From Gammaproteobacteria bacterium (GTDB lineage Bacteria > Pseudomonadota > Gammaproteobacteria > Eutrophobiales > Eutrophobiaceae): a stretch of DNA of 64,000 bases. The translations under genes were made by a program, and so were the position numbers. This document shows, in pieces, positions 26,777 through 37,673 of the stretch (position 1 is its first letter; each line of letters starts with the position of its first letter). The stretch is from positions 2,848,001-2,912,000 of the forward strand of contig OZ220696.1 of assembly GCA_965116495.1 (NCBI GenBank). The letters run 5' to 3'. The notes under the pieces are model-generated. The model did no database searches. It saw only the letters and a program-made list of their open reading frames with translations, and had not been told where the DNA came from.

Positions 26777-29551
26777 TTAATGTGCTTCATCCCAGTTAAC
26801 GCCGGTACCGATATCGACGACCAGGGGAATACTGAGCGATGCCGCCCCGGACATCAATCCGCGAATCTCCTGCTCATAGTCAAAAACCTCGTCATGCGCT
26901 AACTCGAACACCAGTTCGTCGTGAACCTGCATGATCATCCTGATATTTTTCCCGGAGCGCAACAATTTTTTATCTATCGCGAGCATCGCCCGCTTTATGA
27001 TATCGGCCGCGGTACCCTGCATCGGCGCATTGATTGCCGTACGCTCGGCATATTGGCGTCTGGCGGCATTGCGGGAATTGATATCGGGCAGGTATAAACG
27101 ACGCTTGAACACGGTCTCGACATAGCCGGCTTCCCGGGCCCGAATGCGGGTCGCTTCCATGTATTCCTTCACCGCGGGGTAGCGCTCGAAATACTTGTCC
27201 ACATACTGCTTTGCGGCGCCCCTGGTTATACCCAGTTGCCTGGCCAGCCCAAACGCCGACATGCCGTAAATCAGGCCAAAGTTGATAGCCTTGGCCGCCC
27301 TGCGTTGCTCCGGGCTGACCTCGTCCATACCCACCCCGAAGACCTCGGCCGCAGTCGCCCGGTGGATATCGCTGCCCGCGGCAAACGCGGCCAGCAAGGT
27401 CGAGTCTGCCGATAAATGGGCCATGATGCGGAGTTCTATCTGGGAATAATCCGCGGCCAGGAGTACGTTCCCGGGAGAAGCGATAAAAGCCTGGCGTATT
27501 TTCCTGCCCGCCTGTGTGCGAACCGGGATGTTCTGCAGGTTGGGTTCCGATGAAGACAAGCGGCCCGTAGCCGCCACGGCCTGGTGGTAGGAAGTATGGA
27601 CGCGACCTGTCGCGGGGTTGACCTGCTCAGGCAAGCGGTCCGTATAGGTCGACTTCAATTTGCTCAACTCCCTGTGTTTGAGGATTAATGCCGGTAATTC
27701 ATGCTCTGCGCCCAGTTCCTGCAAAACAGCTTCAGCGGTTGAGGGTTGTCCTGTCGGGGTCTTCGCCAGGACCGGCAGTTGCATTTTTCCATAGAGGATT
27801 TCCTGTATCTGCTTGGGCGAGCCGATATTAAACGCCTGACCCGCCAACCGGTGGGCCTGTTGTTCGGTTTCCAGCATCTGCTGCGCCAGGTCCGTGCTTT
27901 GTTGCTTCAGCATGCCGGTATCGATGTTGACACCGTTACGTTCCATGCGTGCAATAACACTCAGTAACGGCACCTCGATTTGCCTGTAGAGATCGCGCAA
28001 TCCGGGTTTTTCGGCCAGTTTCGGCCAGAGTGTCCGGTGCAAGCGTAGGGTAATGTCCGCGTCTTCCGCCGCGTAGGCAGCCGCCTGTTCTACAGGGACC
28101 TGGTTGAAAGAAACCTGCTTGACCCCTTTCCCGGCAACCTCTTCATAGCTCGTGACGGATTTACCCAGGTATTTCTGCGCCAGGCTGTTCATGTCATGAC
28201 GCGTGCCCACACTGTCCAGAACATAGGATTGCAGCATTGAATCATGTGCAATGCCGGTTAAGTCAACGCGGTAATTGGCCAGTACGTTGCGGTCGTATTT
28301 CAGGTTCTGACCGACAATTCTGTGTTTTTCCGACTCCAGCAGCGGACGCAATTTTTCCAGCACCTTGCGGCGTGAAATCTGTTTCGGCGCACCGTCGTAA
28401 TCGTGGGCGACCGGGACATACGCCGCTTCGCCCGCCGTGACGGAAAACGATAACCCCACCAGTTGCGCGCGCATATAATCCAGGTCGGTGGTTTCAGTAT
28501 CAAAAGAGAACAGTTCTGCCTCGGCCAGTTTGTCGATCCAGCGTTCCAACTGCTCTACGGTGTAAATCGTCTCATAATTCTGCTTTAATACGGCCGCGTC
28601 GCCGTCAAGGCTTTCACCCGCCGGCGGTTGCGTCTCGCGACCTTGCGCGGGTTGGGTAATACGGTCAACAGACCCGGCGTTCCCGGTCACCGGGGCCATT
28701 CCGCCATTGACATCAGGCAACCAGCTGCGAAAGCCCCAACGCCGGTAGTGTTCTCTCAACGCCATTCCATCCTGGCCGGTGATCAACAGTTGCTGTGGCT
28801 CGACCCGCAGTTCCAGGTCGGTTTTCAGGGTCACCAGTTGTTTGCTCAGGGGAATCCGGTCCAGGTTCTCACGCAGGTATTCACCGACCTTGCCGGGAAA
28901 GCTGTCGGCTTTTGCCATGATGTCATCCAAGGTGCCGTATTCCGCCAACCACTTAACCGCAGTCTTGGGCCCCACCTTGGGAACCCCCGGCACGTTGTCC
29001 GATGTGTCACCGATCAGGGCCAGGTAATCCACGATGCGTTCCGGCGCTACACCGTATTTCTCGATCACGCCGGCGCGATCATAACGGGTATTGCTCATGG
29101 TATTGATCAAATGGATATCATCATTGACGATCTGCGCCAGGTCCTTGTCTCCGGTGGAAACCAGTGTCTTCAATCCCGCCTGTGCCGCCTGTGCCGCCAG
29201 GGTTGCAATCACATCGTCCGCTTCCACATTGTCAATACTCAGCAGCGGTACCCCCAGGGCGCGGATAATTTCATGCAACGGCGCAATCTGGGCCACCAGA
29301 TCAGGTGGGGCAGGGGGGCGATTGGCTTTATACTCGGGATACAGGTCGTTACGAAAGGTCTTTCCCTTGGCATCGAAAACGACGGCAAAATAATCCGGCT
29401 GCTCGTCCCTGATCAATTTCCGCAACATGTTGATAACGCCATAAATGGCCCCGGTCGGTTCATTTTCCGAGTTAGTGAGACCCGGCATGGCATGATACGC
29501 CCTGAACAGGTAGTAGGACCCATCCACCAACGTCAATAATTTTTTTGGCAT
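26777..29551 (-). CDS. polA: DNA polymerase I
   Basis: LVDGS...FRAYHA 5'-3' exonuclease, FDTETT 3'-5' exonuclease, ADYSQIELR, AKAINFGLIYG, QVHDEL. Confidence 0.98.
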   Translation of the reverse strand: MPKKLLTLVDGSYYLFRAYHAMPGLTNSENEPTGAIYGVINMLRKLIRDEQPDYFAVVFDAKGKTFRNDLYPEYKANRPPAPPDLVAQIAPLHEIIRALGVPLLSIDNVEADDVIATLAAQAAQAGLKTLVSTGDKDLAQIVNDDIHLINTMSNTRYDRAGVIEKYGVAPERIVDYLALIGDTSDNVPGVPKVGPKTAVKWLAEYGTLDDIMAKADSFPGKVGEYLRENLDRIPLSKQLVTLKTDLELRVEPQQLLITGQDGMALREHYRRWGFRSWLPDVNGGMAPVTGNAGSVDRITQPAQGRETQPPAGESLDGDAAVLKQNYETIYTVEQLERWIDKLAEAELFSFDTETTDLDYMRAQLVGLSFSVTAGEAAYVPVAHDYDGAPKQISRRKVLEKLRPLLESEKHRIVGQNLKYDRNVLANYRVDLTGIAHDSMLQSYVLDSVGTRHDMNSLAQKYLGKSVTSYEEVAGKGVKQVSFNQVPVEQAAAYAAEDADITLRLHRTLWPKLAEKPGLRDLYRQIEVPLLSVIARMERNGVNIDTGMLKQQSTDLAQQMLETEQQAHRLAGQAFNIGSPKQIQEILYGKMQLPVLAKTPTGQPSTAEAVLQELGAEHELPALILKHRELSKLKSTYTDRLPEQVNPATGRVHTSYHQAVAATGRLSSSEPNLQNIPVRTQAGRKIRQAFIASPGNVLLAADYSQIELRIMAHLSADSTLLAAFAAGSDIHRATAAEVFGVGMDEVSPEQRRAAKAINFGLIYGMSAFGLARQLGITRGAAKQYVDKYFERYPAVKEYMEATRIRAREAGYVETVFKRRLYLPDINSRNAARRQYAERTAINAPMQGTAADIIKRAMLAIDKKLLRSGKNIRMIMQVHDELVFELAHDEVFDYEQEIRGLMSGAASLSIPLVVDIGTGVNWDEAH

Positions 29552-29669
29552 AATCCGATTACAGGATATAAATCTGGCCTTATTATGGAACAAATAATTG
29601 AAACTTCCCAATAATCGGTATACTTTTCATCTTCCTCAACTATCCTGTAAACAAACCGGAAAAAAGACC

Positions 29670-30014
29670 ATGAGATATCTTGTCGTCTGTTTAATCAGCC
29701 TGTTCATGATGAGTTCTTCCGCAGCACAGGACTACGCGGATGAAGAGCTTGCTCCCGTGCCTGCACCACCGGAATTACCGGACCCGTTAAAAAGCGGCCA
29801 GGCCATTGAGCCACAGGTAACCATCATCCGGAAGGACGATGCTATCATTGAAGAATACCGCCTGGACGGGCGGCATTATATGACCAGGATCATTCCCGCG
29901 GTCGGTCCTGCCTATTACCTGGTGGATCGCGATGGAGACGGCAGTATGGAGACCCGGATGAGTGAAATATACGATGATTTCACCGTGCCGCAGTGGGTCT
30001 TGTTCAGCTGGTAA
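29670..30014 (+). CDS. DUF2782-family exported protein
   Basis: Signal peptide, EPQVTII...IEEYR.DG...G.AYYLVD.DGDG...VPQWVLFSW; divergent from polA. Confidence 0.85.
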   Translation: MRYLVVCLISLFMMSSSAAQDYADEELAPVPAPPELPDPLKSGQAIEPQVTIIRKDDAIIEEYRLDGRHYMTRIIPAVGPAYYLVDRDGDGSMETRMSEIYDDFTVPQWVLFSW

Positions 30015-30023
30015 TTAACGCCG

Positions 30024-31364
30024 TCAAGGCAACAGGAACACGGTGGCCAGGCCAAGGAAGGTCATAAACCCTACCACGTCCGTAACAGTCGTCAGGATCA
30101 CCCCGCCCGCGATGGCAGGATCAACGCCGAACTTTTTCAGTATCAGGGGAATCATCGAGCCGGCCAGGGCGGCGCAGATCAGGTTAATGATCATGGCCAG
30201 CCCGATAATCAGGCCCAGGCCCCGATCACTGAACCACAGGGTCGCGACAGCGCCGACTACGGTAGCCCATAGCGCGCCGTTGATTAACCCGACTGCGAAC
30301 TCCTTCAATATGAGCGAACGGGCATTCTGCCTGGAAATCTGACCCAGGGCCAGACCGCGTACGGAGATGGTCAACGCCTGACTGCCGGCGATGCCGCCCA
30401 TGCCGGCAACGATAGGCATAAGGATAGCCAGCGCCACCAGTTCCTCTATGGTGGCCTCAAACCGGCCGATCACCCAGGCGGCAAGAAACACGCTGATCAG
30501 GCTGATGCCCAGCCACACGGCGCGCTGGCGGGTACTTGACAGGACCGAGGCAAATATATCGTCTTCACCCAGGCCGGCCATGCTGCGCATACTCTGTTCC
30601 GCCCGTTCCTGGATCACATCCACCACGTCGTCAATGGTGATCCTACCCAGCAGTTTTCTGTCCTCGTCCAGCACGGCCGTGGAGATCAGGTCGCGTTGTT
30701 CAAAAAGCCGCGCAACATCTTCTGCCGGCATGTCGGCGGGAATACCGACTCCTTCAAACATATGTTCGCCGACACTGTCTTCGGATTTGTTGACCAGGAC
30801 ATCCGCCAGTGAAAGCAATCCCAGGTAACGGCTTTCCCGGTCCACGACTATCAGGTTATCGGTGTGTTCGGGGATCTCTCCCAGTTGCCGCAGGTAGCGG
30901 GCCACGACGTCAAGCGACACGTCCGCACGCACCGAGATAACGTCGGTATCCATCAGGCCGCCGGCCGTATCTTCGGGATAGGACAACAGCGAGGAAATAC
31001 GATCCCGGTTTTGTACGTCCATCGACAACAGGACACTGTCCACCAGTTCTTCCGGCAGGTCCTGCAATATGTCTGCCGCATCGTCGGTATCCAGTCCCTT
31101 GGCTACCTCGGCCACCTCCCGGGGCTGCATCCGTTCGAGCAGGCCGGTCCTGACGGCATCCTGGACATCAGACAGCACGTCACCTTCCACCTCCGGGTCG
31201 ACGAGTTCCCAGAGCAGCCTCCTGGAACGCCCCGGCAGGCTCTCCAGCAGGTCGGCTATTTCGGACGGGTGAAAGGATTCCAGCATTACCCTGACTTGGT
31301 CATGGTCTCCAGTCTCCAGGTATTCAAACAGGATTTCTTGTCGGGATAATTCGCGCATGGGCAT
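30024..31364 (-). CDS. mgtE: Magnesium transporter MgtE
   Basis: YPEDTAGGLM, CBS pair, GRITIDD, MPIVAGMGG..GSQ, DPA..GG..LTTVTDV. Confidence 0.96.
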   Translation of the reverse strand: MPMRELSRQEILFEYLETGDHDQVRVMLESFHPSEIADLLESLPGRSRRLLWELVDPEVEGDVLSDVQDAVRTGLLERMQPREVAEVAKGLDTDDAADILQDLPEELVDSVLLSMDVQNRDRISSLLSYPEDTAGGLMDTDVISVRADVSLDVVARYLRQLGEIPEHTDNLIVVDRESRYLGLLSLADVLVNKSEDSVGEHMFEGVGIPADMPAEDVARLFEQRDLISTAVLDEDRKLLGRITIDDVVDVIQERAEQSMRSMAGLGEDDIFASVLSSTRQRAVWLGISLISVFLAAWVIGRFEATIEELVALAILMPIVAGMGGIAGSQALTISVRGLALGQISRQNARSLILKEFAVGLINGALWATVVGAVATLWFSDRGLGLIIGLAMIINLICAALAGSMIPLILKKFGVDPAIAGGVILTTVTDVVGFMTFLGLATVFLLP

Positions 31365-31389
31365 AAGGATAGAGTAAAAGAAAGTAAAA

Positions 31390-31443
31390 GGGGACAGGTT
31401 TAAATCTGTCTTCGACTGGATTCCTGCTTCCGCAGGAATGACG
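31390..31443. repeat. Adjacent GGGGACAG-type and GTCATTCC-type palindromes
   Basis: GGGGACAGGTTTAAATCTGTC (31390-31410) and CTGGATTCCTGCTTCCGCAGGAATGACG (31416-31443). Confidence 0.8.
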
Positions 31444-31452
31444 GAGCAGGAT

Positions 31453-33192
31453 TCAGGCAGTTTCCAGTTGTTCCAGCAGCTTCTCGACGTCTGCGGCTGT
31501 ACGGGCTTGCAGGGCGGCGTCCGCGATGGGCGCCAGGCCGCTCAGTTCGCTCTCCAGAATAATTTTTTTGATTTCAAGCAGGTAGGCGGGATGCACGCTG
31601 AATTCACGCAGGCCCAAGCCTAATAACAGTTGGGTAAACTTGCTGTCGCCCGCCATCTCGCCACACATGGCGACGGGTATATTTGCCCTGGCGCCTGCGT
31701 CAAGTGTTATCCGTATCAGCCGCAATACTGCCGGATGCAGAGGTTCGTAGAGATAACTCACCTCGTCATTGACGCGATCAATCGCCATGGTGTACTGGAT
31801 CAAATCATTCGTTCCGATTGACAGGAAGTCCAGCTGTTCGGCAAAAATATCCGCGCAGATTGCGGCTGCCGGGACCTCGACCATGGCGCCCACGGGAAGA
31901 TTCACATCAAATTCCACCTGCTGTTCGTCCAATTCCGCCTTGATCTCATCGATCATCTCCAATACCTGCCGGGTTTCCTGCATGTTGGAGAGCATGGGGA
32001 TCATCATCCTGACTTTGCCGTGCGCGGACGCGCGCAAAATTGCACGCAGTTGCGGCCTGAATAATGCCGGCTCTTTCAGGCATAACCGTACGGCCCGCAA
32101 CCCCAGCGCCGGGTTTGATTGAACAGGGCCGACCTGCCTGCCGCCATCCACCTGCTTGTCGGCGCCCAGGTCCATGGTGCGGATAGTCAGCGGCAAACCC
32201 GCCATCGTGTCAAGCACCGACAGGTAAGTTTCGTAGTGTTCCTCTTCTTCAGGCGGAGATTCCCGGTTCATATACAAAAATTCCGTTCGATACAGTCCGA
32301 CCCCGCTGGCGCCGACCTGCCCTACAATTTCAAAATCTTGGGGGAGTTCGACATTGGCCTGTAACCGAACCGGAACATCATCCAGGGTTTTCGCGGGCGT
32401 CTCTTTCAACCGTATCAGGCCGGCGTAATATTTCCTGTCTTCCTGTTGCCGTTCCCGGTAATAGCGCAGGCTGTGTTCGTCGGGATCGACCAGCATAACG
32501 CCGGCATTGCCGTCGACTATGACCAGATCTTCTTCGCGGGTGAAGCGCCCCGCCTCATGCATTCCGACGATTGCCGGAATGACCAGGCTGCGGGCAAGTA
32601 TCGCGGTATGGGAAGTGGGCCCGCCGTATTCGGTAACAAACGCGACAATACTGTGATGCTGCATCAGGACCGTATCGGCAGGCGCAAGATCATCGGCAAT
32701 CAATATATATCCGCTCAAACGGCTGTCCGGTTCCTCATGCCGCAGCGGTTTCTGTTTTAACAGTATTCTTTGAATACGATTGACGACATGATCTATGTCG
32801 TTCTTACGGGTGCGCAGGTAAGCATCTTCCATTTCATCGAATACGTGTACCAGGGCATCCCGTTGCAGTTGCAGGGCCCACTCCGCGTTATAGCGCGCAC
32901 TACGGATCAAGCGCAACGGTTCCTGGGTCAGGACCGCATCATCAAGCATCAACAAATGTGTATCTATGAACGGGGTGATGTCCGGGGACGTTGCTGCCGG
33001 AATATGGTCGCGGATGGCGCGTAATTGTTGTTTGGCCAGGGCGATGGCTTCAAGCAGACGCCCGGTTTCAACGCCGACCTGACCCGGTTCTATGTGGTAT
33101 TCGGGGATATCAAGCCGATCGCGTTCGATGATATGCGCGTGACCGATGGCTATCCCGCGAGACACTCCCATACCGTGTAAAGACAGGGTCAT
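31453..33192 (-). CDS. ptsI: PEP-protein phosphotransferase, enzyme I (no GAF domain)
   Basis: GGPTSHTAILAR, GVGLYRTEFL, NPALGLR, SIGTNDL.QY, CGEMAGD. Confidence 0.93.
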   Translation of the reverse strand: MTLSLHGMGVSRGIAIGHAHIIERDRLDIPEYHIEPGQVGVETGRLLEAIALAKQQLRAIRDHIPAATSPDITPFIDTHLLMLDDAVLTQEPLRLIRSARYNAEWALQLQRDALVHVFDEMEDAYLRTRKNDIDHVVNRIQRILLKQKPLRHEEPDSRLSGYILIADDLAPADTVLMQHHSIVAFVTEYGGPTSHTAILARSLVIPAIVGMHEAGRFTREEDLVIVDGNAGVMLVDPDEHSLRYYRERQQEDRKYYAGLIRLKETPAKTLDDVPVRLQANVELPQDFEIVGQVGASGVGLYRTEFLYMNRESPPEEEEHYETYLSVLDTMAGLPLTIRTMDLGADKQVDGGRQVGPVQSNPALGLRAVRLCLKEPALFRPQLRAILRASAHGKVRMMIPMLSNMQETRQVLEMIDEIKAELDEQQVEFDVNLPVGAMVEVPAAAICADIFAEQLDFLSIGTNDLIQYTMAIDRVNDEVSYLYEPLHPAVLRLIRITLDAGARANIPVAMCGEMAGDSKFTQLLLGLGLREFSVHPAYLLEIKKIILESELSGLAPIADAALQARTAADVEKLLEQLETA

Positions 33193-33458
33193 ATTCCCTC
33201 ACCAAATCGATCTTCGATCAGCTTCACCAGAGCCATAAGTGCCTTTTCCTCATCCCTGCCCCGAACAGTTAACTCCATAGTCGCGCCTCTTGCCGCGGCC
33301 AGCATCATCAGCCCCATTATGCTTTTCCCATTGACGGTCTTGTCACCTGAATAAACCTCAATCTCTGATTCATAAGCAGTTGCCGTTTCCACAAAGCGTG
33401 CAGCAGCGCGGGCATGCAAACCCAGTTTGTTGATAATCACAACGGTCTCCTTCTGCAA
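33189..33458 (-). CDS. ptsH: HPr/NPr family phosphocarrier
   Basis: NKLGLHARAA (His15), GKSIMGLMMLAA (Ser46). Confidence 0.92.
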   Translation of the reverse strand: MQKETVVIINKLGLHARAAARFVETATAYESEIEVYSGDKTVNGKSIMGLMMLAAARGATMELTVRGRDEEKALMALVKLIEDRFGEGI

Positions 33459-33464
33459 ACCCGC

Positions 33465-33911
33465 TCAACCGGTCAGCAGACTGTGAATCGCTTCATTGGA
33501 CTCTTCCTTCCTGAGTCGCGCCAGGAATTCCGGTTTGTTGAACATTTCTGCAAGTTGCGCCAGAACCTGTAAATGTTCTTCTGTTGATTGTTCCGGCACC
33601 AGTAGGGCAAATATCAAATCAACCGGTTGATGGTCGACAGCATCGTAGTCCACACCCCGTTTCAACTTGATAAACGCGGCAATGGTGGACAGGCCGTTCT
33701 TCAATCGACCATGGGGCAGGGCGATGCCGTTACCCAGTCCGGTACCACCCAGGCGCTCCCGGGATAACAGGCTGTTAAAAACTGCCTGTCCGGTCAGGCC
33801 GGAACTGGCGCCGGCAATCAATCCGGACAGGGTCTCCAGCACGGCTTTCTTACTGGAAAGATCGACGTTACATAAGATACGGTCACTCGTCAGTATTTCT
33901 GATATATGCAT
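33465..33911 (-). CDS. ptsN: PTS EIIA-Ntr
   Basis: SSKK..LE, RERLGGTGLGNGIALPHGR; in rpoN operon. Confidence 0.93.
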   Translation of the reverse strand: MHISEILTSDRILCNVDLSSKKAVLETLSGLIAGASSGLTGQAVFNSLLSRERLGGTGLGNGIALPHGRLKNGLSTIAAFIKLKRGVDYDAVDHQPVDLIFALLVPEQSTEEHLQVLAQLAEMFNKPEFLARLRKEESNEAIHSLLTG

Positions 33912-33940
33912 CTGTGGAACAGGTCCTGCAGGGGGAGAAG

Positions 33941-34234
33941 TCAGACGCGGTGGTTCGATAATTTTTCCTTGTGCTTTTTCACTTGTCTGTCGAGCTTGTC
34001 TATCAACCTGTCAATGGCTGCATACATGTCATTGTGTTCCGCTTCAGCGAACAGGTTACCACGATTTACGCGCAGGGTTCCTTCCGCTTTTTTCCGCTCT
34101 TTTTCAACCGACAGGACGATGTGTACAGTGATGACATGATCAAAATGGCGCTCTATGCGTTGCAGTTTGTTTGCAACATAGGAGCGTAACGCGGGGGTGA
34201 TATCCAGGTGGTGGCCAGACAAGTTGATTTGCAT
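33941..34234 (-). CDS. hpf: Ribosome hibernation promoting factor
   Basis: MQINLSGHH..ITPALR, DMYAAID.L.DKLDRQ. Confidence 0.95.
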   Translation of the reverse strand: MQINLSGHHLDITPALRSYVANKLQRIERHFDHVITVHIVLSVEKERKKAEGTLRVNRGNLFAEAEHNDMYAAIDRLIDKLDRQVKKHKEKLSNHRV

Positions 34235-34327
34235 GTTATCCTCATTATGGTTGGTGGCGGATAGTCGGCTCGCATGTATGCGACCTGACCCCGTTCATAC
34301 GGCACCGGTTGTTCCGGGGGTATGTAA

Positions 34328-35791
34328 TCAGAGCTTGCACATATTGGTTCTTTTTCTTTCACTTGATGACGGAATTGACAGCGATTCACGATATTTCGCA
34401 ACCGTTCTGCGGGCAACCTGAATGCCCTGCCCCGACAGCAGTTCGGCAATCTTACTATCGCTCAGGGGTTTTTCAGGCTTCTCCGCCTGTATATGTTTTT
34501 TAATCAGCGCGCGTATTGCCGTCGATGAACAGGTCCCACCCTGGTCCGTACCCACATGACTGGAAAAAAAATATTTTAATTCAAACACGCCCCTGGGCGT
34601 GTGCATGTATTTTCTGGTCGTGACCCGGGAAACTGTCGAATCGTGCAATCCCAGGGTGCCTGCAATGTCGTGCAGTACCAGCGGTTTCATTGCCTCCTCG
34701 CCGTGCTCCAGGAACGCGCGTTGCCTCTCGACAATACAGGCGGCAACCCGCAACAGGGTTTCGCTGCGGCTCTGGAGGCTTTTTATAAACCAGCGGGCTT
34801 CCTGCAGGTGATTTTTAAGCGAGACGTTATCCGCGCTGTTGTCCGCACGGCGAATCATGCCGGCGTAGTCCGAATTAATACGTAAGCGGGGCAACGCGTC
34901 CGTGTTGAGTTCCACTTTCCAGGCGCCGCCGGACTTTTTAACCTGTACGTCCGGCACCACGTATTCGGTATGGGCTTCCTGTACCTGGCTGCCCGGACGC
35001 GGGTACAGGGACTGTATCAGTTCGACCACTTGTTCCAGTTCTTCCCGGCTGAGTTTCATCTGTTTCATCAACGTTTTGTAATCATGCTCAGCCAGTAACT
35101 GAATGTGCCGGCTGACCAGTTTTCGGGCTTCATCCAGCCACCGGGTGCCGGGGTCCAGTTGGGTCAGTTGCAGATTCAGGCATTCGGCCAGGTCGCGGGC
35201 GCCGACACCCTGCGGTTCAAACGTTTGAATCAAATGTAATACCACCTCTATTTCTTCCGGTTTGGCATCCAGGTCGGCAGACAAGGTCGCGCGAATCTCT
35301 CCCAGGCTCGCCGCCAGGTAGCCATCGTCGTTGATCGCGTCAATCAAGGCAATGGCAATGGCCTTGTCGGTTACCGATAGTGTGACCAGTTCAAGTTGCG
35401 AGAGCAGGTGGTGCCGAAGATTGCGATCCCCATTATCCCGGTATTCGTGGCCGTAATATTCTGTCTGGTCGCCGCTGCGGGAGTAATAGGTCGAGGCATC
35501 ATAAATATCTTCCCACGCCGTATCCACCGGCAAATCTTCAGGGATACTGTCATGAGCAAATGTTTCCGGATATTCTGATCCGTTCAACTCCGTTTCGTCC
35601 GGTTCCGGTGCGCCGGTTTGCAGTTCAATCGCATTATCCTCGTCCAGTTCCAGCATCATGTTGGAATCCAGCGCTCCCTGGATCTCCAGGTTCAATTCCA
35701 CGCTGGACAACTGCAGCAGCCTGATGGCCTGCTGCAGTTGCGGCGTCATGGTCAGGCCCTGGCTTAACCTCAGTTCTAGTGATTGCTTCAT
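34328..35791 (-). CDS. rpoN: RNA polymerase sigma-54
   Basis: [21 protein letters not shown], RpoN box ARRTVAKYR. Confidence 0.99.
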   Translation of the reverse strand: MKQSLELRLSQGLTMTPQLQQAIRLLQLSSVELNLEIQGALDSNMMLELDEDNAIELQTGAPEPDETELNGSEYPETFAHDSIPEDLPVDTAWEDIYDASTYYSRSGDQTEYYGHEYRDNGDRNLRHHLLSQLELVTLSVTDKAIAIALIDAINDDGYLAASLGEIRATLSADLDAKPEEIEVVLHLIQTFEPQGVGARDLAECLNLQLTQLDPGTRWLDEARKLVSRHIQLLAEHDYKTLMKQMKLSREELEQVVELIQSLYPRPGSQVQEAHTEYVVPDVQVKKSGGAWKVELNTDALPRLRINSDYAGMIRRADNSADNVSLKNHLQEARWFIKSLQSRSETLLRVAACIVERQRAFLEHGEEAMKPLVLHDIAGTLGLHDSTVSRVTTRKYMHTPRGVFELKYFFSSHVGTDQGGTCSSTAIRALIKKHIQAEKPEKPLSDSKIAELLSGQGIQVARRTVAKYRESLSIPSSSERKRTNMCKL

Positions 35792-35826
35792 ATCCTGAAG
35801 TGTAGCGCAAAAAACCCGGGTTTGAG

Positions 35827-36552
35827 CTACAGCCTGAAGTCGAAACCCAGGTAAACGTCTCTTACCGTTTCATTTGCCAGGATTTCATCAGGCGTGCCCT
35901 CGGCCAGGATCCTGCCTTCATTGACGATATATACCCGGTCGCAAGCACCCAGAGCCTCCCAGACATTGTGGTCGGTGATCAGGATACCTATGCCCTTTTC
36001 CCGCAGGTAGCCGGTTATTCGTTGAATATCGTTTATGGAAATGGGGTCAATACCGGCAAACGGTTCGTCCAGCAACAGGAATTGCGGTTCGGTGGCCAGG
36101 GCCCGTGCGATCTCCACGCGCCGGCGCTCGCCACCGGACAGGCTCATGCCCAGGCTGTCGCGCAGGTGAGATACATGAAATTCGTGTAACAGTGCCTCCG
36201 TTCGCCGTTTGGCCTCAGTGCGGCTCAGGTTCTTGCGTAACTCCAGTACAGCCAGGATATTTTCTTCCACGGTAAGTTTGCGAAAGATAGATGACTCCTG
36301 GGGCAGGTAGCCCAATCCCAGCCGTGCCCGTTTTTCCATCGGCAACAAGCTGATATCCCTGTCATCCAGGTATATCTCACCGTTGTCACAGGGGAGCAAA
36401 CCGACGATCATGTGAAAGCTGGTTGTCTTGCCCGCCCCGTTAGGTCCCAACAGCCCGACGATTTCGCTGCTGTTGATGGTCAGGCTGATATCGCTTACCA
36501 CCTGGCGCGAACGGAACGACTTAGATATGCGTTGGACGGATAAAACGCTCAT
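35827..36552 (-). CDS. lptB: LPS export ABC ATPase
   Basis: [41 protein letters not shown]. Confidence 0.97.
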   Translation of the reverse strand: MSVLSVQRISKSFRSRQVVSDISLTINSSEIVGLLGPNGAGKTTSFHMIVGLLPCDNGEIYLDDRDISLLPMEKRARLGLGYLPQESSIFRKLTVEENILAVLELRKNLSRTEAKRRTEALLHEFHVSHLRDSLGMSLSGGERRRVEIARALATEPQFLLLDEPFAGIDPISINDIQRITGYLREKGIGILITDHNVWEALGACDRVYIVNEGRILAEGTPDEILANETVRDVYLGFDFRL

Positions 36553-36569
36553 GCAACATTGCTACAGGA

Positions 36570-37133
36570 TTACGAACCGGCTTCCTTTTTCTTCTTGATG
36601 ATCAGTTTCACCCGGCTCTTTTTCTCCGCCGCGGGTTTTGTTTGCACATCTCCGCCCCCGGGTTGACTCCAGGCCTTCACCTGGCTCAGTACCGTATTGT
36701 ATTCTATCCTTTCCCCGACCAGGGTCGAAGTATCCTGTTTTACCCAGGCATCGCGAATCAGCACAACGAGATTTTTCAACTCATAGTATTCCATACGCAT
36801 GGCTTTCGCCTGATCATGCACATCACCGTTGTCCGGCAACTGCTTATAGGTGGCGGGGTTACCTTCGATGATAATGTGATCCAGTTCATCCCCGCCCTTG
36901 CTGTAAACCGTCATAACGTCGCCCGTCATGTGTATGGAACCCTGTCTGACAATCACGTTGCCCCGGTAGATACTGACGTTATTTCGATCATCGAGTTCCG
37001 CTTCATCAGCCTCGACTTCTATCGGCTGGTCCTTGTCCGTCGACAACGGGAATGCCGTCAGGCTTCCGAGCAGGCAGAACAACCCGATAACAGCGTTAAC
37101 TGTCCGGTGCAGGGTTAATCGTCGTTTTTTCAT
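36570..37133 (-). CDS. lptA: LPS transport periplasmic protein LptA
   Basis: DKDQPIEVEAD, GNV...QG, GNPATYKQ, GERIEY. Confidence 0.93.
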   Translation of the reverse strand: MKKRRLTLHRTVNAVIGLFCLLGSLTAFPLSTDKDQPIEVEADEAELDDRNNVSIYRGNVIVRQGSIHMTGDVMTVYSKGGDELDHIIIEGNPATYKQLPDNGDVHDQAKAMRMEYYELKNLVVLIRDAWVKQDTSTLVGERIEYNTVLSQVKAWSQPGGGDVQTKPAAEKKSRVKLIIKKKKEAGS

Positions 37134-37668
37134 GTTTGATGACTTCCAACCGGTTCTCGGGTAAATATGCACGCATGCCCGTTCCGGTAATTACCGCAGT
37201 ATTGGTTACGATGGTTGCATGGCGGTCAGTCTCCGCATATTCATCTTCAAGCGACACATTTACATGGGTTGTACTGACTTCCAGCGTAGGACTGCCCGTA
37301 TCATCGTATTCCAGCATTTTCACAATACCGTATAGCAGAATAGTATCATTATCTCCCTCCAGGCGACCTTTTTCTGCGTTAATATACAAGGGAAACCTGT
37401 CTTCCCGGAAAATTTCCATCCGAGGCATGACCAGTTCGGTGCTGTTATTGTACGGGTAATGCGCCAGATAATCCGCCGACAATTTGTTTTTCGGCTTACC
37501 GTCCTGATTCATCGTCAAGGTGGTAAAGTCCTCCATATAATAATCCGGCGCGCGCGCATCGGCGCGCAGAGCGCCCCTGCCGGTGGACTCGGACAACCAT
37601 TGCAACAGCCATGCACTGCCAGCGGCGGCGCCGATCAGTAATGCGAGAATAAACAGGCGTTGGATCAT
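37096..37668 (-). CDS. lptC: LPS export protein LptC
   Basis: N-terminal TM helix, PDYYMEDF, HYP, AETD, GTGM; between kdsD and lptA. Confidence 0.9.
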   Translation of the reverse strand: MIQRLFILALLIGAAAGSAWLLQWLSESTGRGALRADARAPDYYMEDFTTLTMNQDGKPKNKLSADYLAHYPYNNSTELVMPRMEIFREDRFPLYINAEKGRLEGDNDTILLYGIVKMLEYDDTGSPTLEVSTTHVNVSLEDEYAETDRHATIVTNTAVITGTGMRAYLPENRLEVIKHEKTTINPAPDS

Positions 37669-37673
37669 GACAG